Source: an uncultured Trueperaceae bacterium (lineage in GTDB: Bacteria > Deinococcota > Deinococci > Deinococcales > Trueperaceae). Taken from it: DNA of 64,000 nucleotides. The stretch is from assembly GCA_963799485.1 (NCBI GenBank), contig CAWCXJ010000009.1, positions 1 through 64,000 on the forward strand, read 5' to 3'. The position numbers and the translations under genes are program-made. Each line of letters starts with the position of its first letter. Within the stretch, counting starts at the first letter, position 1. Positions 58,290 to 64,000 of the stretch are shown here, one piece after another. The notes under the pieces were generated by a model, which was given only the letters and a program-made list of their open reading frames with translations, was not told the origin of the DNA and did not search any database.

Positions 58290-59565
58290 AAAGCGGCTCC
58301 CCGGCGACGAACACCTCACGTACCGATTCCTCACGTGCCAGCGTAAAGAGCGCGCCCAGACTCGCCTCCGCCGATGGACTCTGTGCCAATACGTCGGCAA
58401 GGGTGCCGCCTTCGGGTGGGCGAACGAGCATGAAGTCGGCCTGACGTCCGGGGCTGAGGTCGCCTACCTCGTCTAAACCCAGCGCCAGCGCCCCCGCCCG
58501 CGTGGCCAGATAGAGCAGGTGCGCGGGGCTGAGCGGAAACCCTTCCGGGTGCAGCATCTGCCCCTGATAGCTCATCAAGCCTTCCTTAAACAGACTGAAG
58601 CCGGTGCCGCCGCCTACGTCACTGCCGAGACCTAACCGGACGCCGTGCGCGAGATGACGCCGCATAGCGAACAGGCCGCTGCCGATAAACATGTTGCTGC
58701 TCGGGCAGTGCGCGACACACGCGTGCGCCGCGCCCAAACGCCCTAGTTCACTCTCTGAGACGTGGACGTTGTGGGCAAAGACCGAACGCTTTGTAACCAG
58801 ACCGAAGCGCTCGTAAGTCTCGAGATAATCGTGCGCCCACGGAAAAAGCTCGGCAACCTGCGCGATTTCGGCGGGCGACTCGTTGATGTGCGTTTGAACA
58901 TAGATGTCCGGGTAGCGCTCCGCGAGTGCGCCCGCCGCCGCTAAAACCCCTTCGCTGCACGAGAGCGCAAACCGTGGTGTCACGGCGTAGCGGAGCCTGC
59001 CGTGCTTGTGCCACGCGTTTAGCAGCGCTTCGCTGTCGCTGTAACAGGTTTCCGGGGGAGCCTCGAGTTCCGGCCTCAAAAGCCTATCACCCAACACGAG
59101 CCCGCTGGTAATTCGCAACCCCGACGCGTCCGCCGCCTCGAAGAAAGCTTCTTGCGCCGGCCTCTGGTGCGCGCCGAAAACGAGCGCCGTGGTCGTGCCG
59201 TTACGGGCGAGCCCCCGTAAAAACGTTTCGGCAACCCCCCGTGCGTAGGTCGTATCCGTGAGCCGCGCCTCTTCAGGCAGTGTGCGGGTTTGGAGCCACT
59301 CCAGCAGCGTCACACCCATCGTCCCGATGACGCTTACCTGCGGATAATGAACGTGGGTGTCGACAAATCCCGGCAAGATGTAATCGTGACCGTCGCCGAG
59401 TACAGGCGCGTCGGGATACGCGGTTTGCACCTCGCTCAAGCTGCCGAGTGCGCCGATACGTCCGTCTGACAGGGCTAGAGCGCCCTCATGAACCTCGAGT
59501 GCGTCTGCTACCTCAAACGGATTTTGCGGCGTATGAAAGAGGCGGGCGCGCAAGATGACCGTCAT
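58267..59565 (-). CDS. guaD: Guanine deaminase
   Basis: PGFVDTHVHYPQ, YAVTPRFALSCS, QTHINE, HCPSSN, GSDVGGG. ATG at 59565. Confidence 0.94.
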   Translation of the reverse strand: MTVILRARLFHTPQNPFEVADALEVHEGALALSDGRIGALGSLSEVQTAYPDAPVLGDGHDYILPGFVDTHVHYPQVSVIGTMGVTLLEWLQTRTLPEEARLTDTTYARGVAETFLRGLARNGTTTALVFGAHQRPAQEAFFEAADASGLRITSGLVLGDRLLRPELEAPPETCYSDSEALLNAWHKHGRLRYAVTPRFALSCSEGVLAAAGALAERYPDIYVQTHINESPAEIAQVAELFPWAHDYLETYERFGLVTKRSVFAHNVHVSESELGRLGAAHACVAHCPSSNMFIGSGLFAMRRHLAHGVRLGLGSDVGGGTGFSLFKEGLMSYQGQMLHPEGFPLSPAHLLYLATRAGALALGLDEVGDLSPGRQADFMLVRPPEGGTLADVLAQSPSAEASLGALFTLAREESVREVFVAGEPLFTRLGLA

Positions 59566-59709
59566 ACGGCCCCTGTCACCACTACGAGTGTCACCGTCAT
59601 AAAGCCAAGCATACCGGACGGAACTGCAAAACGCTTCCGGGCTGTGTATACCCCGAGAACGTGCGCCTCTCAGCAAACTTGCAAAAGCCGCGTGCTAGAC
59701 TTTGACGTT

Positions 59710-61383
59710 GTGACTCACTCTACTCGTTGGCGTCTTTTACTCAGTTTGCTCGCAAGTATCACCGTACAGACCGCGCTGGCCCAACGTTGTACCGATTTCG
59801 TCGCCGTCGATGGGGCGCTTTTGGGGGGAGGCGACGCGGCAGCGTGCTATTTCGGACCTGTCGAGGGTGCCGCAAACGCCTACGTTCGTACCGACCTGGT
59901 GACGGCGGCGCTCGGGCTCGAGTCCGCCTACTTGCCGGAGACCGGTCAACTCCAGTTTGAGAAGGGTGGCGAACGTGTCGCGCTACTCGCCACCGAAGAT
60001 GTAGCGGCGGCGCTGTCTAAGCGGCCGGACGCGCTCGTCGTCGGGGGCGAGGCCGAAGCGGGGCGCAGCGCCATTCTAGCCGGAAGCAGCTACTTGCCGC
60101 TGACCGAAATTGTCGAGGCGTTCGGCGGGACGGTTTCGTGGAACGACGCGGCGCGCCTCGCCCTCGTGGATTTTAGTACGCCTGTTCCTTTAGCAGCGGC
60201 GCCTGCAGTCGTGCGCGACCCGGCACCGCCGACCGGCGCGCCTTACCCGGACATGCCCGAGCTGGACGCGCCCCGTTACGCGGCTTACCCCGAGGAGGGG
60301 TACACCCGCGTCGCCGTCGATGTTCCGGCAGGCGTGAGCTATCAGCTCGCGGTCGACGGCGACAACTTTATCGTTCTCTTTGACGGTGCTCGCGCCGCGC
60401 CCTTTGAGGTCACACCGAACGGGGCGCAGCTCGTCAGCCTCGGCTACCGCACTATCGGTGAAGGTGGGGCCGGTAACGGCGGCGTGCTGGCGCTGATTGC
60501 CGGAACCGGCTACCCACTTACTGCTGCGGGCCAAGGGTTTCAAGTTGGCGCTCTGGACGGCGACGGAAGTCAAACACTTTATATCGACTTCGCGCCGGGG
60601 CTTAAAGGCGAAAAGGTCGCAGAACTCGCCGACCTCGCAGCGCGTAACCTCGCGGCGGTTCAGCGCCCACAGAGTGTTCAAAAAACGGTCGTGATCGACC
60701 CCGGACACGGCGGTAAAGACCCCGGCACGCTGAGTGGTTATGTTGTCGAAAAAGACCTGGTGTTGGGGGTCGGGCTGCTGCTTAAAAGCAAGCTCGAGGC
60801 GCGCGGCATCGGGGTCGAGATGACCCGTGACGACGATACTTTCGTACCGCTCGAGGACCGCGCCGCCTTTCCGGTTCCGTCCGAGTACAACCTGTTCGTG
60901 TCGCTGCACACCAACGCGACCGGTCGCGGCGACGCCGAAGGCATCGAAACCTGGGTGTTCGGGGAACCGCAAGACGACTCGCTTATCGACCTCGCCGTAC
61001 AAGAGAACGGTGGGGGTGAGGTCGGGCTCGCGCGCACCGCACGCGCGCAGGAGGCGGCGGCGAGTATCGACGGCGACCTCTTGCGGGAGGAGAATCTACG
61101 CTACAGCACGGGGCTCGCCGACAGTGTACAAGAAAACCTCATAGGCGTAACCGGAGGTTACAACCGGGGGATCAAGAAAAACTATTTCGTGGTGATCCGT
61201 GACGCCCGGGTGCCGGCGGTACTCGTCGAACTCGGTTTCGTCGACAACCCCGAAGAAGGCCCCAAGCTGGCCGAAGAGAGTTATCAGGAAATGCTCGCCG
61301 AGGCGCTCGCCAAAGGCATCGAGGCGTTTTTAGCGCAGGGCGGCGCGGTGGCGTCGCTCGAGTTATCAGGTGACCAGCCGTAA
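59710..61383 (+). CDS. N-acetylmuramoyl-L-alanine amidase (Amidase_3)
   Basis: Signal peptide; VVIDPGHGGKDPG, EKDL, FVSLHTN, PAVLVELGF. Likely GTG start at 59710. Confidence 0.92.
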   Translation: MTHSTRWRLLLSLLASITVQTALAQRCTDFVAVDGALLGGGDAAACYFGPVEGAANAYVRTDLVTAALGLESAYLPETGQLQFEKGGERVALLATEDVAAALSKRPDALVVGGEAEAGRSAILAGSSYLPLTEIVEAFGGTVSWNDAARLALVDFSTPVPLAAAPAVVRDPAPPTGAPYPDMPELDAPRYAAYPEEGYTRVAVDVPAGVSYQLAVDGDNFIVLFDGARAAPFEVTPNGAQLVSLGYRTIGEGGAGNGGVLALIAGTGYPLTAAGQGFQVGALDGDGSQTLYIDFAPGLKGEKVAELADLAARNLAAVQRPQSVQKTVVIDPGHGGKDPGTLSGYVVEKDLVLGVGLLLKSKLEARGIGVEMTRDDDTFVPLEDRAAFPVPSEYNLFVSLHTNATGRGDAEGIETWVFGEPQDDSLIDLAVQENGGGEVGLARTARAQEAAASIDGDLLREENLRYSTGLADSVQENLIGVTGGYNRGIKKNYFVVIRDARVPAVLVELGFVDNPEEGPKLAEESYQEMLAEALAKGIEAFLAQGGAVASLELSGDQP

Positions 61384-61686
61384 ACCGGATTTTGTCGTAA
61401 ACGGATTTTATTGAAGCAGGCAGCGCTGAAAACGCCGCGTCTGCGACGCCCAAGGTATCAAGTAAAGTCGCAGGTTGATACGAGCCGGTTTTGGTGGTGG
61501 AAAACGCACTTTTCCGGATGTACTTTTTTGGATGTACTTTGCCGAGCGTCGGGCTTGCGTCCTGCTTGACCGGAGCCGGGCGAAACTTACGACAAACTAC
61601 AAAGATGTGCGCGGTGGGTTGGTCAGGGTGATAGCATAGCAAGATGAGGGGTCGGCACCGTGCCAGGTAACGCACAAGCTGCAGGT

Positions 61687-62124
61687 AATGCACACGCTCA
61701 TAGGCGAGCCGCTGAAGTCGAGGGGGCCGGCGGCGTCGTGTTTCGCGCCGACGGGCTGGTCTTGCTGCTTCGGCATCTCGAGGGTACCTGGGTCTTCCCC
61801 AAAGGTCATATCGACCCCGGCGAGGACGCGCTCGCAGCAGCTATCCGTGAGGTCGAGGAGGAGGCGGGTGTGCGGGCGACGTGTCCCGACCCGGCGTTCT
61901 CGGCCACGACCCGTTACGAAAACGCCCGGGGCACGGCCCGCATCATCACCTGGTTTTTGCTCCTAAGTGACGCAGAAGAGCCGGTGCTACGCGAGCTTCT
62001 CTTTCCCGAAGGCGGCTTTTTTGCCCCGCCGGAGGTGCGGACTCGCCTCAGTTTTTCCGAAGACAGGCGGCTTCTGGATGTGATGCTGGGGCATCTGAAC
62101 GCGCTCAAGCGGGCCGGGCTGTGA
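61687..62124 (+). CDS. NUDIX hydrolase
   Basis: AGGVVF, WVFPKGHIDPGEDALAAAIREVEEEAG Nudix box. Start is uncertain (61660-61700). Confidence 0.88.
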   Translation, partial: NAHAHRRAAEVEGAGGVVFRADGLVLLLRHLEGTWVFPKGHIDPGEDALAAAIREVEEEAGVRATCPDPAFSATTRYENARGTARIITWFLLLSDAEEPVLRELLFPEGGFFAPPEVRTRLSFSEDRRLLDVMLGHLNALKRAGL

Positions 62125-63227
62125 CCTCAGCGCTGCCGGCCCGTGGTGCGCTGGGAAGTTTGAGCGTGCAAGCATTTTTAGCGCTGTTGGCTTCTCAAAA
62201 AACGTCGGGTACGCTCTACTTGAGTCACGCGAAAACAGGTGTGCTCATGACGCTTCACGAGGGTCAACCGCATGCGTGGACAGACTTTGGGATCGCCGAC
62301 GGTGCGGCTTTCGACCTTAGCGAGACCGGCGTGCAGTTTAGTTTGTGGCCCGCGGCGCGCTCTCTCCAACCGACTTTGCCTAGCCGTTACCCCCACCTCG
62401 CGGGGCCGCTGTGGGCGCTGCCTGCACTTGCTGAACACGCGCTCCTGAGTACGGCCGAAACCGAGCTTCGGGGACTCGTCGCCCGGCTTGCTGCGGACGC
62501 GTTTAACGGCGCGCTGGTGCTCGCGGCTCCTGAAAGCCGTCACCCTGACGCGCCCGGCTATGGCCTGCTCCTCTTTCAAGCGGGACGGCTCGGCGGCGCA
62601 GTGTACACGGCGGGGACGAAGGTCCTGGGGGGAAGCGCGGCCCTCCATGTGCTCGCTCAGCTGGAGGCGGCGCTCACGCTTCACGCGCTGCCCGAACCCG
62701 TGGTCGCCGGTTTTTTAGGCTGGCTTTTGGGGTTGCAGCTTAGCAGTACCCCGGACGGGCGCGGCGTTCCGGGGGGGTTTAGCGGCCTCGAGCTGACCTC
62801 TGAGGGGGCGCGCTACTACCGCGCCGGCAACGCCTACTTGCAACTGCCGTACCCCGCTGGAGTATCTGCCGACCCCATGGCGCTCGGTTTGTTTGCTGCT
62901 TGTCAACGTGCGCCGAGCCTTGCGTTGCCGGACGAATCTCACGGCTGGGAAGTGCGGCGTTACGGGCTGACCCTGCGCGGGCGCGACGCGCTCAACTTGC
63001 TGACCGAACTCTCCATGCGTTTTCGCAGCGATTTCGGTCCCACCGGGAGGCGCGTCCTCGAGGTTTTTCGCCGTGAACGCAGCGTAAAAGCGGCAGCTGA
63101 AACGCTGGGCCTCGAGCCGGGCGCGCTAAAAGATATGGTCGAGCGGCTCGCGCAAGAGGGGTTTATCCGCATCATCGGGGAGCCCGTGCGCGGCGCGTCA
63201 CCGACACTTCACCTCCAGCCGCGTTAG
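62121..63227 (+). CDS. Hypothetical protein (DUF4388-like N-terminus, C-terminal HTH-like segment)
   Basis: RGALGSLSVQAFLALLASQKTSGTLYL. GTGA overlap with the NUDIX gene. Confidence 0.65.
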   Translation: MTSALPARGALGSLSVQAFLALLASQKTSGTLYLSHAKTGVLMTLHEGQPHAWTDFGIADGAAFDLSETGVQFSLWPAARSLQPTLPSRYPHLAGPLWALPALAEHALLSTAETELRGLVARLAADAFNGALVLAAPESRHPDAPGYGLLLFQAGRLGGAVYTAGTKVLGGSAALHVLAQLEAALTLHALPEPVVAGFLGWLLGLQLSSTPDGRGVPGGFSGLELTSEGARYYRAGNAYLQLPYPAGVSADPMALGLFAACQRAPSLALPDESHGWEVRRYGLTLRGRDALNLLTELSMRFRSDFGPTGRRVLEVFRRERSVKAAAETLGLEPGALKDMVERLAQEGFIRIIGEPVRGASPTLHLQPR

Positions 63228-63300
63228 GCTGCTCTAAGAGGACGTTATGCCCGAGACCAGCTTGTCAGTGAAAGTTTGAGATGCCTAGAGGTTTAAGCTC

Positions 63301-64000
63301 ATGATGCCTAGTACACCTGCCCCCGACGACTTCGACCGGAGTAGCGAGGTCTCGCTCCGTGACCTCTATCTCGTGTTGCTACGGGGTCTGCCCTTTATTT
63401 TGCTTTTGGCGCTCCTGGCAGGGGGCGTCGCGTACTTTCTCAACGCACAGCGCAAACCTGTTTTTGCCGCCGAAAGCACCGTCCTCGTAACCCCGCCGCC
63501 GATTCAGATTCAAGGCGACGAAAACATCTCGTTTAGCCCCATCAACGAAGTTTCGTTTCAGACGTACGAAACCCTGGCGCGGAGCCAGACGGTTTTACGG
63601 GACGCGGTCTCGCGCGTTGAAGATGTGCAGATTTCCCCCGCCCAACTTTCGGCCTTGGGTACGCTGCGTCAGCTTTTCGGCCCGCTCCGCGTCGGTGACG
63701 TTGCGCCCCTGTCGGTTATCCACCGTGTCCGCAATGCCGACCCTGAACGGGCCGCGCTCCTTGCCGACGCGTGGGCGCAGAGCACGCTTAAAGCGGTACG
63801 CGAGTCGCTCTTCTCGAGCCTCCGCCCGGTCGACGAGACGACCACGCGGGAGGTCGCGCGGCTGCAAAACGACGTCGAAGCGGTCGAGGCGCAGGTGCAG
63901 CGGTTTGCCGCGCAAGACAACGGTCCACTTTTGGAGGCCGAACTCGAGGGTTTGACCCGCCAGATTACCGACGGGCGCGAACGGCAGGGCGAGTTGACGC
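63301..64000 (+). CDS. Wzz/GumC-like polysaccharide chain-length determinant, 3'-partial
   Basis: Manual translation: MMPSTPAPDDFDRSSEVSLRDLYLVLLRG-TM-..PVFAAESTVLV..DPERAALLADAW, then coiled coil. The ORF is open to the window end. Confidence 0.8.
   Translation, partial: MMPSTPAPDDFDRSSEVSLRDLYLVLLRGLPFILLLALLAGGVAYFLNAQRKPVFAAESTVLVTPPPIQIQGDENISFSPINEVSFQTYETLARSQTVLRDAVSRVEDVQISPAQLSALGTLRQLFGPLRVGDVAPLSVIHRVRNADPERAALLADAWAQSTLKAVRESLFSSLRPVDETTTREVARLQNDVEAVEAQVQRFAAQDNGPLLEAELEGLTRQITDGRERQGELT

Noticed and set aside
61384..61660. Possible ncRNA or MITE (TTTGTCGTAA ... TTACGACAAA inverted 10-mer about 190 bp apart)
   Set aside because: A single short inverted repeat with no target duplication, no second copy and no recognisable RNA motif.

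Overview
Bacterial window with two parts. Gene content and dense CTCGAG sites suggest a GC-rich Deinococcota/Truepera-like host, but this is inference. (1) Positions 1-~37,277 are a mobile/defence island. A ~17.5-kb unit is present as a near-identical tandem direct duplication (1-17521 and 17522-35046), and each copy starts with an IS5-family element. Each unit carries a minus-strand, closely packed defence-like cluster: SNF2 helicase-DUF3883 nuclease, Phd-like antitoxin + PIN toxin, AlbA/Schlafen-ATPase-HTH protein, DUF1156 amino-methyltransferase, Swt1-HEPN-DUF499 ATPase, and an AT-richer pair of a YejK/NdpA-like protein and a 3-TM membrane protein. The cluster is flanked by a disrupted serine resolvase with a res-like site, a tRNA-3'-end att-like site with terminator and 11-bp-spaced arm-like repeats, an ISL3 scrap and a truncated VirD4/TraG gene. 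An IS3-family element and a broken IS630 element close the island. The two copies differ by complementary frameshifts, clustered synonymous changes and CTCGAG-centred transitions, so an assembly or strain-mixture artefact is a serious alternative to a real amplification. (2) Positions ~37,400-64,000 are mostly chromosomal housekeeping genes: AlgX-like lipoprotein, murE, two deoxynucleoside kinases, a frameshifted MFS exporter, DUF4385, a DUF6883/DUF4926 pair, a methyltransferase, an acyl-ACP desaturase, alr, a CPBP protease, a DUF1080 lipoprotein, ftsX/envC-like genes, a class III cyclase, a Thr/Ser dehydratase, guaD, an amidase, a NUDIX hydrolase and a partial Wzz-like gene. All family calls come from motif recognition by eye, not from database searches.
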